DNA of 64,000 nt from Octopus sinensis (taxonomy: Eukaryota): contig NC_043012.1 in NCBI RefSeq assembly GCF_006345805.1, positions 24,180,001-24,244,000 on the forward strand. Direction: 5' to 3'. Numbering within the stretch: the first letter of the stretch is position 1; the number at the start of each line of letters is the position of its first letter. The translations under genes were made by a program, and so were the position numbers. Shown piece after piece: positions 25,480-37,379 of this stretch. Below the pieces are notes generated by a model, which had not been told where the DNA came from, ran no database searches, and saw nothing but the letters and a program-made list of their open reading frames with translations.

Positions 25480-25712
25480 GTGCCTGTGCACACACGCATG
25501 CGTGCTTGTGTGTGTGAGTTTATCTCACACCGCTTGACAACTGGTGTTGGTTTGTTTACGTCCCCACAACTTAGCACTTTACTAAAAGGGAGACGAAACA
25601 GAATAAACACTAGGCTTAAAATAAGTACTAAGGTCAATGTGATTGGCTAAACACTTGAGAGAGAACAATGCCCCAGCATGGCCACAGTCCAAAGACTGAA
25701 AGCAGTAAAAGA
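25480..25712 (+). mobile_element. SINE group A 3' part
   Basis: gcttgacaactggtgttggtttgtttacgtcccc...ccagcatggccacagtc. Confidence 0.75.
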
Positions 25713-26029
25713 TTGACAGCAATAAGAATAGCCGCTACCACCATCACCACCACCACCACTGCTGCTGCTACTACATTATCAACCACCACCACCACCACCC
25801 ACTTACTATCTGCAATCATATCACAATTAAGAACAATTATCATTTCAATTCACCACTCTTACTATCAGCCATCATAATACCACAATTAAGAAAAGCTGCC
25901 CCTACCACTGTCACCACTATCAGTAGTAATAACAAATGACTACAACTACTACTACTACAACCATCAACACTGCGAACCAATAATGAAAATCAAATAGGAT
26001 TACATGTACACTTTACTTCAATACAAGGT

Positions 26030-26500
26030 GAGATGACCATGGTTAGAATGTCTTTCATCATAGGTTTACTGCCACCATAATCACACAAAAAGCACCATGA
26101 CACAGTCACTCAAACTGCTGAAAACAACAGCCGAGTGTCCTTGATATTAAGCCCAACTGTCCTAAAGGAACTTAAAGGACACACTAGATAGTATGATTAT
26201 AGATACACTATGTCTGAAATAGAAGATGGGATGGTCATGGTTGGAACATCTTTCATTATAGGTTTACTGACACCACAACTACACAGGGGGCCCCGCAACA
26301 CAGTCATTCAAACTGCTGAAAACAGCAGCCAAGTCTCTTTAATATAAATCTTAACTAGCCTGAAGAAAGTTAAGGTACACTGGGAAATGGTGTTCTAAAT
26401 ACACTATTATATGAAATAAAGATGGGATGGTCATATCTGGAATGCCTTGGATTGAGGCTCTCTTCAATCAGGACTGACCCAGAGCTAAAACAAACAATAC
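26030..26500 (+). repeat. degenerate head-to-tail ~195-nt repeat (about 2.5 units)
   Basis: gatg(g)gatggtcat...tcttt...ataggtttactg...cagtca.tcaaactgctgaaaaca recurs at ~26030, 26225 and 26420. Confidence 0.7.
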
Positions 26501-26520
26501 TAATACCTACTATATATAAG

Positions 26521-26610
26521 TACAGTGATCCCTTGACTATTACAGGGGTTACATTCCAAAACACCCTGTGGTAGGTGAAGATCTTTGAAGTAGAAACAGT
26601 ACTGTACTGT
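26521..26610 (+). mobile_element. pogo/Tigger-like transposon end
   Basis: ta|cagtgatccct...ggggttacattccaaaacaccc resembles Tigger-type termini; the other end was not found. Confidence 0.4.
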
Positions 26611-26699
26611 AGGACAAGTGAGACCATAACCCGTGGCCTCTACCTGGGATGTAGCCAGTCCACTTATGCATACCTTTCCTTCTTGGGACACAAAACTCT

Positions 26700-27146
26700 A
26701 CTTGTGAAGACCTGTTGAGGCAAGTGAAAATCGAAATCGATCAACATCAATGGAAATTGCAGCTGTGATACCAGTGCCGGTGGTATGTAAGAGAACCATC
26801 CGAACGTGGCTGTTGCCAGCGCCGCCCCGACTGGCCTCGTGCCGGCGGCATGTAAAAAGCACCATCCAATCGTGGCCGTTTGCCAGCCTCATCTGGCACC
26901 TGTGCTGGTGCCACGTAAAATGCACCATCCGATCGTAGCCGTTTGCCAGCCTCGTCTGCACCTGTGCCGGTGGCACGTAAAAGCACCCACTACACTCACG
27001 GAGTGGTTGGCGTTAGGAAGGGCATCCAGCCGTAGAAACATTGCCAGATCAGACTGGGCCTGATGCAGCCTTCTGGCTTCCCAGACCCCAGTTGAACCGT
27101 CCAACCCATGCTAGCATGGAAAGCGGACACCAAACAATGATGATGA
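26700..27146 (+). mobile_element. RTE LINE 3' UTR with four internal subrepeats and (GAT)n tail
   Basis: gtgccggtggcacgtaaaaagcacc units, then ggttggcgttaggaagggcatccagcc. Confidence 0.85.
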
Positions 27147-27399
27147 TTTTAATAATTTATACATATTTATTTTATTATAAAATGCAAAACAACACCACAG
27201 AGGAATCAATGTAAGCTTAAGTAATAAACCATAATGGGTGAACTGCAATATGGCGAAGGATAACTGTATCTCAATATCAAGGGGTCAATGTAACAAGGAA
27301 GTCTTCATATGGAAACTTGATCTCCAAGAAATAGCAAGCAAATCTCCAACAAATCACCATCTTAGTAAATGACAAAGTCGGGCAGTGTAGTCCTGGATT

Positions 27400-28190
27400 A
27401 TTGGAACACAGGAAAAACATGGAATGGTCACAAGTGGAAGACTTTTGATTACAGGTCTGCTGGATCAGAAACCCCTTTTATATAATCACACCTACCAAAC
27501 AATAACCTGGTCCTTTTCCTTAAACGCCGACTTTGAGGAATTCTTGATTTTGGAGATTATTTTCTCTTCTCAAATGGAGCCAATTTTAATTGCCATTTAG
27601 GGATAATGATACAGTCTCCTAGAGTGCAGATACTTTTAATAAGTGAAGAATTTATATTGCATAGTATTTGATGTGCCAGCATTTGTCTATGCTGTTCATA
27701 TACATGCCGCAGGTCACTTAGAGTTATTTCCCTTTGCTCATTTTTGTTTAAATTATGCAAATTGCCTAGGCCATAAATGTATTCTACTCTGATTTCTGTA
27801 ATTCTAAATCCTTTGGCTACTGGAGATAAGGTCAGATAATTGGTGTGCTGATGATGGCTATTGCGGCAGAAACATGTATCTAATGACTGTCTTATCTCCA
27901 AACAAAAAGCCTGTGCTTTTTCCTTGATGGCATGTCAACTTGGTAAAAATTCTTCATATTTGAGATTATCTTCCCTCCTCAATTGGAGCTGATCCCAATT
28001 GTCATTTGGTAATTTTGATACAGGTAATTTTAGACACAGGTAATTTTGATAAATCATGAATTTATGTTGTCAGGTATTCGATACACCTGTATTTATCTAT
28101 GATGCTCTTATACGCGACACAGGTCACTGAGTTATTTCTCCTATTTCGTCTTTGTTTGGATTTAGTAATAAATACCACCAGGTGTGTCAA
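27400..28190 (+). repeat. tandem ~400-nt monomers carrying a hammerhead-like motif (Penelope-like terminal repeat or retrozyme-like relic)
   Basis: 27495-27790 aligns by eye with 27897-28180 (ccaaacaa, ttgagattat, gaatttat, tctatg, caggtcact..gagttattt). Confidence 0.6.
27821..27900 (+). ncRNA. type I hammerhead-like motif inside a 10-bp closing stem
   Basis: TGGAGATAAG ... CTGATGA-TGGCTATTGCGGCA-GAAAC-AT-GT-A ... CTTATCTCCA; stem II and proximal stem I imperfect. Confidence 0.55.
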
Positions 28191-28520
28191 TTGGCAATCG
28201 TAGGGTCATGAGTTCAATTCCCAGCAATATGTTGAGCCTTTGCACAAGACACTTTTATTTCACATTGCTCCAGTCCATTCAGCTGGAAAACATGAGTAGA
28301 ACCTGTAATGCAAAAGGACCAACCTTGTCACATTCTGTGTCACACTGAATCTCCCTGAGAACTACATCAAGTGTGTGGTAAGTAGCTTGCTTACCAACCA
28401 CATGGTTCTGGGTTCATTCCCACTGCATGGCACCTTGGGCAAGTGTCTTCTACTATAGCCTCGGGCCGACCAAAGCCTTGTGAGTGGATTTGGTAGACGG
28501 AAACTGAAAGAAGCCTGTCC

Positions 28521-28559
<39 letters not shown>

Positions 28560-28810
28560 GTGTTTCTCCCCCCCAACATCGCTTGACAACCGATGCTGGT
28601 GTGTTTACGTCCCCGTAACTTAGCGGTTCGGCAAAAATAGACCGATGTAATAAGTACTAGGCTTACAAAGAATAAGTCCTGGGGTCGATTTGCTCAACTA
28701 AAGGCGGTGCTCCAGCATGGCCACAGTCAAATGACTGAAACAAGTAAAAGAGTAAAAGAGTATCTGTGGAGTGCTCAGCCACATGGATCGCATCAACTGA
28801 AACCCTTGTC
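28190..28810 (+). mobile_element. group B-related SINE interrupted by a group A SINE (28371-28762)
   Basis: agttcaattcccagc...ttgctccagtcca...gagaactacatcaag|insert|tctgtggagtgctcagccac. Confidence 0.75.
28371..28762 (+). mobile_element. SINE group A, near full length, little diverged
   Basis: Close match to 24778-25189; TAAAAGAG tail. Confidence 0.9.
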
Positions 28811-29494
28811 CCCATAACCAACAGAGCACCAATTATAAGTACCTGGAGACTATCACCTCTCCCTACTAATCTACCAGCAGTGGTGGTTAAGTGGGAGGCC
28901 TTGAAACTATCAAAGGTTCCACTGGGAGCAGGACCCTTCTCCTTCCTTATTGTCCATCTTATTTGCAGGTCAAGCCAGTCCAACACCACCATTATTCTGC
29001 ATGTAGAAGCCTGACTAAGGTGAATAATGAACCAGTTAGCCACAGGAGTGGTGGGCAGGGTTAGATAAAGAAAAAAATATATAAATAAATACAGACAAAT
29101 GAAACAAAAACAATCACCATTAAGTCTTTTTCCACAAAGACTTAATGTGGTTTATTGTTTTCACTTTTGTGGCTTCTTGCTCTCTGCCTCCCCCTCCCTC
29201 TCTCACACACACACACAATCATGTATAGACACCCAACACATGCACCTAGTCTCCATCATAATAACCTTTCTTCTGGCTCTCCTTTGTTGGGTCCCACTTT
29301 TTTTATGGGATCACTCACCCTCTCTCTCTCCTCACCTACCACTATTTTCTTCCTTTTATTCTTTTCTCTCTATCTCTCTTACACTCCACTCATTCCCTAT
29401 ACCCTTCCTATTCTTCCAAATCTCCACTTTTTATCTTTACCTTTATACACACACACACACACACACACTCTCTCTCTCTCTCTCTCACTCTTCA

Positions 29495-29654
29495 TAGCCT
29501 GTCTTTTACTGGTTTTTGTCACCACTGCGGCCATGCTGGGGTAGCATCTTGAAGAACTTCAGTCTGGTACTTATGTGATCAGTCCCTTGTGGTGAACCAC
29601 TAAGTTACAGGGACATAGAGAAACCATTACCAGTTGTGAAGCAGTGGGGTGGGA

Positions 29655-29691
<37 letters not shown>

Positions 29692-29840
29692 ATAACAGGC
29701 TTCCTCTCAGTTTCCATCTAGCAAATTCACTCACAAAGCATTGGTAAGCCTGGGGCTATAGCAGAAGACATTTGCCCAAGGTGCCACACAGTGGGACTGA
29801 AACAAGAAGCAAGCTTCTTACTACACAGCCATGCCTGTCC
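29495..29840 (-). mobile_element. SINE group A, degenerate
   Basis: gcggccatgctgggg...gcccaaggtgccacacagtgggactgaa. Confidence 0.75.
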
Positions 29841-30559
29841 CTATAAGGAAGTGGCCAGCAAGCTACAACAGAAAAGAATTGAACCTTGCACCTCTTAAAT
29901 TCTAATTGAATGTTCTGCACCATTGCACAACTTTGTCATTCATTTTTCTATCTTACCATGAGTTAGGTCATTTCTATAACAAGATGCTCTTCCTGTCCTT
30001 AAGACATGTTTCCAGGAAAGGTAATCCTGCCTCATGGCTGGACATGTTTACATGGAAAATTGGAAATGAAGGAAACCTCAGGCATCAAGGTAATCCTTGT
30101 TTACAACCATTATGTAATGTGAAGACAAGAAGACATAATTCACCTTCCCCTGACCTGCACACATACAACAGGCTTCTTTCAGTTTCTATCTCCCAAATCC
30201 ACTCATAAGGCTTCGGTTGGCTCAGAGCCATTGTAGAAGACACTTGCCCAAGATGCTACTTGGTGGGACTGAACCTGAAACCACCATCAAGCCTTCAATG
30301 CATATATGTGTCATACAGATATGAACTGGAGACATTTAGTCCTGTAATGTCATACATTAACTACACACTCATACAGCCTCTAGGAAGGGACCTCTACATC
30401 TGCTTGAATTGCTAAAACTAGCAACCAAATACTTTTCAAATCACATCTGTCATACGTAAAAAAAAAAACCCCAAAATAACCTGAACTGACACAACTAATG
30501 TAAATCAGTCGCAAATAGACATTAAAAGATGGAGTGGTCAGGGTTGGAACTCCAAAATT

Positions 30560-30763
30560 AAGATAATTCTAATAAGACCTTCTAACAAAAGCACAAGGTC
30601 TGAAATTTGGTGAGAAGGAATTGGTTGTAGGGACACAGTGTTTGACTGGTAATCAGTTTCCTTGGTGCTGAAAGGATAAAAGGCAGAGTAGACCTTAGTG
30701 GGGTTGGAGGGTTTGCAGAAGCAGGTTAACATAGGTAGAATACTCTCTCTCTCTCTCTCTCTC
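30560..30763 (-). mobile_element. SINE group C variant ending in a TC/GA tract, near-duplicate of 31908-32116
   Basis: Direct comparison. Confidence 0.7.
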
Positions 30764-31289
30764 AATCAGGAGCTAAACAAGACATTCACTGCTAAATTTC
30801 ATAGAACACTTGGGTTGGCAGAGGAGGCGAGCAGTGGGGAGAGAGGATGAGGATGGATTCATTATATTCATGAGGGTCAGGAGTACATAACCTCAGAGTT
30901 GTCAAGTTGATTAAGTACATACTAATAGAAGACTTGGTTTCTAACTGCACAAGCTTCACCTTTAATAACCAGGAAAAAAAAAAAGGGAAAAACTCAGGAC
31001 GAAGGAGCTTGTCTTGTATCTACAAAAATCAATACTTTATATACACACACACACAAATATATACATACACACACACATATATATATATATACATACACGC
31101 ACACACAAACACATTTTTATCAGTTTAGTCTGGATTCTCCCTTTCCATTAACTTATTTCTTTCGCACAGACTTTTGTCATATCTCTAATTAATTTTTAAT
31201 TAGTTCATCAAGCACTTTCTGTGAAAAATACTTCGTTTAGACAAGTTAAAATGTGCCCTGTGAAGTACATGTCTATCTATTTTCTACAC

Positions 31290-31320
<31 letters not shown>

Positions 31321-31907
31321 TAATATATATGTATATATATGCACACACACACACACACACATACATATGTATATATATACAGCCACCAACCCTATACATG
31401 TGTATGTATATTCCTCTCCCTGAGTTGTGCATGTTTTTATTGTTCATATTTGTTCTTGAAAAGTCATTTAGTTTTGGGGTGAAAAAAAATTAAAAACCAT
31501 ATTTTATTTTATCTCTTCTTTAGTTTCCACGCTGTTACATCATCAGCCCCAACGCCATTCCCAATACTAACACTATCACAAATACCATCACTACAATAAT
31601 CATCATCATCATCACCAGCCTAACTTAGCATGTTCTTTGAACATTTTAAAAATAAAGATAAGAACTTATTTTGATTTTATAATTTATTTAAAAAGAAATG
31701 TGCTTTTTTTTTTTTAAATATAAAATATATAAATAAAGACAAAATTGAAATGGTATTCCTTTAAACTTAACTCCAGATACAACAGTAATAGTACAAACAA
31801 CAACAACAACAACAAAATTAAGATAACGACAACAGTAATAACAACATTAGCATCTAAAATTTCATCAATAATAAATGCTAACAACAGCAGCAACATCAAG
31901 CAAAATG

Positions 31908-32116
31908 AAGATAATTCTAATAAGACTTTCTAACAAATGCACAAGGCCTGAAATTTGGTGAGAAGGAAATGGTTGTAGGGACACCTTAGTGTTTGACTGG
32001 TACTTAGTTTCATTGGTGCTGGAAGGATAAAAGGCAGAGTAGACCTTAGTGGGGTTGGAGGGTTTGCAGGAGCAGGTTAACATAGGTAGAATACTCTCTC
32101 TCTTTCTCTCTCTCTC
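31908..32116 (-). mobile_element. SINE group C variant, near-duplicate of 30560-30763
   Basis: Direct comparison. Confidence 0.7.
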
Positions 32117-32450
32117 TTAATTCAACAAAAAGGAAGGAATAAGACAATGCAATGGAACTAAATAGAGAGAAAAGACTGACTAATTAGCATCGGAGTTTTC
32201 AGGCTGGGACAGTCAGAGTTGTGATAGTCTTCAGAATAGAAATGAGAAATAACTCTTACTGGCATTTAAATACAAATGTACGTGTGTGTGTGTGTATGTG
32301 TATGTATTTCTATATGTATGTGCGAGTGTAAATATATGTGCATGCACACAATATGCTAGTAATGTAAAAATTTGTAAGGCAGAGTAGACCTTGGTGGCGT
32401 TAGAGGGTTTGCATTCATAACGTAAAAAGACCATCACAAAAGATTGCAAG

Positions 32451-32790
32451 GCACAGGAGTGGCTGTGTGGTTAAAAGGTTTACTTACCAACCACATGGTT
32501 TGAGTTTCTTGGCCAAGTGTCTACTGCTATAGCCACAGGCTGACCAAAGCCTTGTGAATAGATTTAGTAGATGGAAGTGTGTGTGTGTGTGTGTGTGCGC
32601 TGGTTTCTCCTTGTCTGGATATTGTGTAATCATTGTAAATGAACATTCATTTCAAATATACTTCAGAAACATGCTTGGCCATGGGAAAATATCTTATTTG
32701 GAAAGAAGTGAGGGTTAGCGACAGGAAGAGCATCTGGCTGTAGAAAATCTACCTCAATGAACACAGTCTTAACCCATACAAGTATGGAAA
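32451..32790 (+). mobile_element. SINE group A head plus RTE-type 3' module
   Basis: cacaggagtggctgtgtggttaa...gggttagcgacaggaagagcatctggctgtagaaaatct. Confidence 0.7.
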
Positions 32791-33137
32791 AGTGAAAGTG
32801 AAAGAAGGTTGGCTGAATTGTTTGAATGAGGCACAAGCCAAAAATTTGGAGCCAGATGAGTTATTCAATTATTGACCGTGGAAAGAAGAAATACAAAGTC
32901 AGCCTCAATGAAACTTGAACTCAAAAGCATCAGATCAAATACTGTGAGACATTTTGTGTGGCATGTGAATAATTCTTCTAAACCATCGATCTTTAACCGT
33001 TTCCTTCCCCTATTTCTGTTGAAATAGACTCCTTCTGCTTTAATTAGTATTGAAGCTAACGAAGAATTTACTAAAATAACATTGTCATTATCAAGCTGGT
33101 GTCTGGAACATGAAATGTTGATGGAAGGTTTTAAACT

Positions 33138-33460
33138 AGATCATCATCATCATTGTTTAGTGTCTGCTTTCCATGCTGGCATGGGTTGGATGTTTCAACT
33201 TGGGTCTGGGAAGCCAGAAGGCTGCACCAGGCCCAGTCTGATCTGGCAATGTTTCTACGGCTGGATGCCCTTCCTAATGCCAACCACTCCATGAGTGTAG
33301 TGGGTGGATTTTACGTGCCACCAGCACACGTGCCAGATGAGGCTGGCAAACGGCCACGATCGGATGGTGCTTTTTACGTGCCACCGGCACGGAGGTCAGG
33401 CGAGGCTGGCAACTGTCACGATGGTGCTTTTTACGTGTCATTGGCATGGAGGCCAGTCGA
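33138..33460 (-). mobile_element. RTE LINE 3' UTR fragment
   Basis: (CAT)n then ccatgctggcatgggttgg...ggatgcccttcctaatgccaacc plus subrepeats. Confidence 0.85.
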
Positions 33461-33584
33461 CAGGAAACTTGTATCATAAAACAAGTGGGGGTGGTGTCAT
33501 AAAGGTTAAATAGAATCCTAAGGTCCAGGCTCAACAATAATTCCTAACATAGGCACAACTTGTGCAGAAATTTTGAAATTTTGG

Positions 33585-33905
33585 CACTTTGGGCAAGTGT
33601 CTTCTACTATAGCCTCGGGCCGACCAAAGCCTTGTGAGTGGATTTGGTAGACGGAAACTGAAAGAAGCCCATCGTATATATGTATATATATGTTTGATTG
33701 TATGTTTGTGTGTCTGTGCCCCTAGCATTGCTTGACAACCGATGCCTGTGTGTTTATGTCCCCGTCACTTAGCGGTTTGGCAAAAGAGACTGATAGAATA
33801 AGTACTGGGCTTACAAAGAATAAGTCCCGGGGTTGATTTGCTCGACTAAAGGCGGTGCTCCAGCATGGCCACAGTCAACTAACTGAAACAAGTAAAAGAG
33901 AAGAA
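33585..33905 (+). mobile_element. SINE group A, 5'-truncated
   Basis: ttgggcaagtgtcttctactatagcctcgggccgacc. Confidence 0.88.
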
Positions 33906-34379
33906 AACAGCTGCAATCAAGAGAAAAGCAAAGGCCACAACTAGACACCTGGTACCTTAACGAGTCTGGAAATGCAATGTATGTAGCTTCCACATTAGCA
34001 TGTATAAAAGAGGTGCAGGCATGGCTGTGTGGTTGAGAAGCTGGCCTGCCAACCACCTGTTTAGGTAAAGTCCCACTGTGCAGTATCTTGGGCTACTGTC
34101 CTCCACTATAGCCCCAGGTCAACCACAGAACCTTGTCAGTGGATTTGGTAGTCAGAACCTACGTACAAGCTTGTTGTGTTTGTGTGTGTGTTGGTTTGGA
34201 CTAAGGTAATTCACTTCATTCTGATTTTCAGAACTCTGCAGAGGATTCGTGCAATTCCAAGCAACATTGTTCACCATTGTTTTCTGCAGAGGCTCCTATC
34301 TTCATATTTACCCCGACTGTTTCAACCTTGTTTGTGAGCTTAGTGACTAAAGTATTCAGCTCAAGGATCATATACATTT

Positions 34380-34565
34380 CTTTACTACCCACAAGGGGCT
34401 AAACACAGGAGACAAACAAGGACAGACAAACCGATTAAGTCGATTACATCGACCCCAGTGCGTAACTGGTACATAATTTATCGACCCCGGAAGGATGAAA
34501 GGCAAAGTCGACCTCAGCGGAATTTGAACTCGGAACGTAACGGCAGACAAAATACGGCAACACAT
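34380..34565 (-). mobile_element. SINE group C
   Basis: ggaaggatgaaaggcaaagtcgacctcagcggaatttgaactc. Confidence 0.85.
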
Positions 34566-34577
34566 TTCACCCGGATC

Positions 34578-34850
34578 ATATAGTTGAAGAGTTCAATTCC
34601 CAGCATTGCATTGTGTCCTTGGGCAAGACACTTTACTTTACTTTGCTCCAGTCCACCCAGCTAGCAAGAATGAATTGTACCCACAATTCAAAAAAAAAAA
34701 CAACCTTGTCACACTGTGTCATGTTGAATCTCCCTCGGAACTACATTGAGGGTATGCGTGTCTGTGGAGTGCTCAGCCACATGCATGTTAATTTCATGAG
34801 CAGGGTGTTCTGGTGATCGGGTCAACTGGTACCCTTCTCATAACTGATAC
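34578..34850 (+). mobile_element. group B-related SINE
   Basis: gagttcaattcccagc...ccttgggcaagacac...tctgtggagtgctcagccac. Confidence 0.8.
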
Positions 34851-35144
34851 ACTTTCTTTAATGATCACATGTGTGGGTGCGTGTGTATGTATATTAAGAG
34901 ACATGAAACTAGGAATGAGAGTATGTGTACATGTATATAGTTTGCTTTAGCAATCAGAGCAAAGGCCATGCAGCAACTCTACCTTCAAACTGAACACGCG
35001 TATATATGAATTAGTGAATGTATGTATGAATGAATGAATGGATTTTTTGGTGCACATAGATACACATATGAATGTATGTATGTTTGAGCATGCATAGATA
35101 TCTGATGCCTGTATCTCTCTCTCTCTCTCATACACACATATATA

Positions 35145-35585
35145 TATATATATGTATGTATGTATATACAGGCACACATATCACATACTTGTATATTTAC
35201 ATATATACCTACACACACACACACACTTATATATATACATATACACACACTTGTATATTTACATATATACCTATACACACACACACTTGTATATTTATAT
35301 ATATACCTATACACACACACACACACTTGTATATTTACATATATACCTATACACACACACACACACTTGTATATTTACATATATACCTATACACACACAC
35401 ACTTGTATATTTACATATATACCTATACACACACACTTGTACATTTACATATATACCTATACACACACACACTTGTATATTTATATATATACCTATACAC
35501 ACACTCACTTGTATATTTACATATATATCTATACACACACACATATATACACACACACACACACATACATACATGCACACATACA
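35145..35585. repeat. ~34-bp minisatellite (acacacacttgtatatttacatatatacctatac)
   Basis: About ten tandem units varying in CA count. Confidence 0.95.
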
Positions 35586-37211
35586 CAAAACAAACTAAGA
35601 AATAAGAAAAAAAAATAATCTCCAAGACACACCAAAACCAAAAAGCAAACTGAAGCTAAACTTAAAACTAAACGGAATGGAACGAACCAAATCACCAAAA
35701 CAAGAAAATAAAATCCCAAAACAAAAGAAATTTCAAAGAAAAGCTGTGGGAAGGAGGCGGAGAGGTGGGGGTTAGAGTTCAAGAGCGAAATAAGGAAACA
35801 TCGTTGTGGCAGGAAGAAAAAGTAAACAATCCTGGAAACGGTCTTATCGTAATAATTTGCAGATGGCACAAATCCCAAAGGGTAAGAATATAGCAACAAC
35901 AATACTAACAACAACACTAAGGAAAAAAAAAAAAAATTAGCAGAAACAAAAGAAAATAAAAATAAAATAAAGTATTCCTCGTTACAACCATAACATTACC
36001 CCCTCCCTTTTGTTCATCCACCTCCCTTACACATACATAGAAAAACAAACAAACATGTAAATATAAGACATAAAACTAAAAAAAAATGCAAGTGCATAAA
36101 AGAGACAGAAAGAAAAAGAACAGAGTAATGCAGGTCTTTTCTTTTTTGTTAATATTTTAACAATTTAATTTTTTTTTAAAGTTTTTTTTTTTATATTTCC
36201 AGAAGTGCTGTTTTCTTTTATTTGATGTTTTTGTAGTTTTTTTTTTATTTGTTTTTCATGTTTTGTATGTTTGGCATTGTTGTTGCTGTTATTTTTTTTT
36301 TTGTTTGAAATTCTAACAAAGAGAGAGAGAGAGAGAGAGAGAGAGAAATTTTGAAAGATGGAAAGAGAGAAAAAAGGTGAAAAATCCCTAAACCCTTTTT
36401 TTTTTTTTTTCTGTAGAAAACATCAAAACTATGTAGACAAATAGCATTTGAAAGAATTGAAGGAATGATGTGTGTGTGTGTGTGTGTGTGTAATATGCAT
36501 ACAAGCTGTGAAAGACATCTCGAATTTTATATATATGTTCAAATATGTGTGTATAAGAGAGGGAGTGTATTTGTGTGCGTGTATATATATATATATATAT
36601 AAACTGAAAGACACCTACACAATATACACAAAAATCACTGAGTATATATGGGCATGTAACGTGTATGTATATAAATCTATACACTCATATGTGTACGTAT
36701 GTATGTGTGTGTGTATGGAAGTTGAGTGTTTATGTGTATAAATATGTATGTATATCTATATATGTACACTACATATAAGTTTGTGAATGTATGTGAGCAC
36801 ATACAAATGAATGTATGTATATTTGTAAAAGTATATATACATATATACACATACATATATATACACACACATATATACACATATATACACACAGATATAT
36901 CTATTAGTAAAAGTATATATATATATATATATGTGTATGTACACACACATACATACATGTATATTTGTAAAAGTATATATATATATATTGATAACAAACA
37001 AAATGAAGAGCCTTACAGAACCCTTTTTTTTAAAATTTATTTTGATTGTTTTTTTTATTCTGTAGTCTTAATCACAGAAACAATCAACCCCCACCCCCCC
37101 CCTACGTCACCCCTGCTTCTCCCTGCTTCCCTTCTGTTGTTTCTTCTTAAATTGTTTCTTAAAATTGTTGTTGTTCTTGTTGCTAATGTTACTGTCAATG
37201 TTGATATTTAC

Positions 37212-37265
37212 CTGCTCGTTATCAACACCCTTATTATTTTGGACAGCACAGGATAGCATCGGATG
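37212..37265 (-). CDS. candidate 54-nt exon (e.g. HPMLSCAVQNNKGVDNEQ)
   Basis: Acceptor gattatttccag, donor AG|GTAAAT, length divisible by 3; frame and coding status unknown. Confidence 0.3.
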
Positions 37266-37379
37266 CTGGAAATAATCTGCAGAGTGTCGGAATGAACGAA
37301 ATGCCTTATTATATAAACACAGTTAAGCGACGTTCCCTACTGTTCAGAGTTCAAATCTTGCTGAGGCTGACTTTGCCTT

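Noticed and set aside
26760-26990. CRISPR-like look of repeated gtgccggtggcacgtaaaaagcacc units
   Set aside because: The spacers are homologous to each other, the array is part of an RTE 3' UTR, the DNA is eukaryotic and there are no cas genes.
27180-27400. L1/Tx1-like C-terminal zinc-knuckle remnant on the minus strand
   Set aside because: Motif match too degenerate, with multiple stops.
28810-29030. Minus-strand 75-codon open stretch as a host exon
   Set aside because: No clear splice sites; it loosely resembles a decayed RTE C-terminus, too weak to call either way.
35863-35881. Plus-strand micro-exon ATGGCACAAATCCCAAAGG|GTAAGA
   Set aside because: Only 19 nt, and no partner exons were found.
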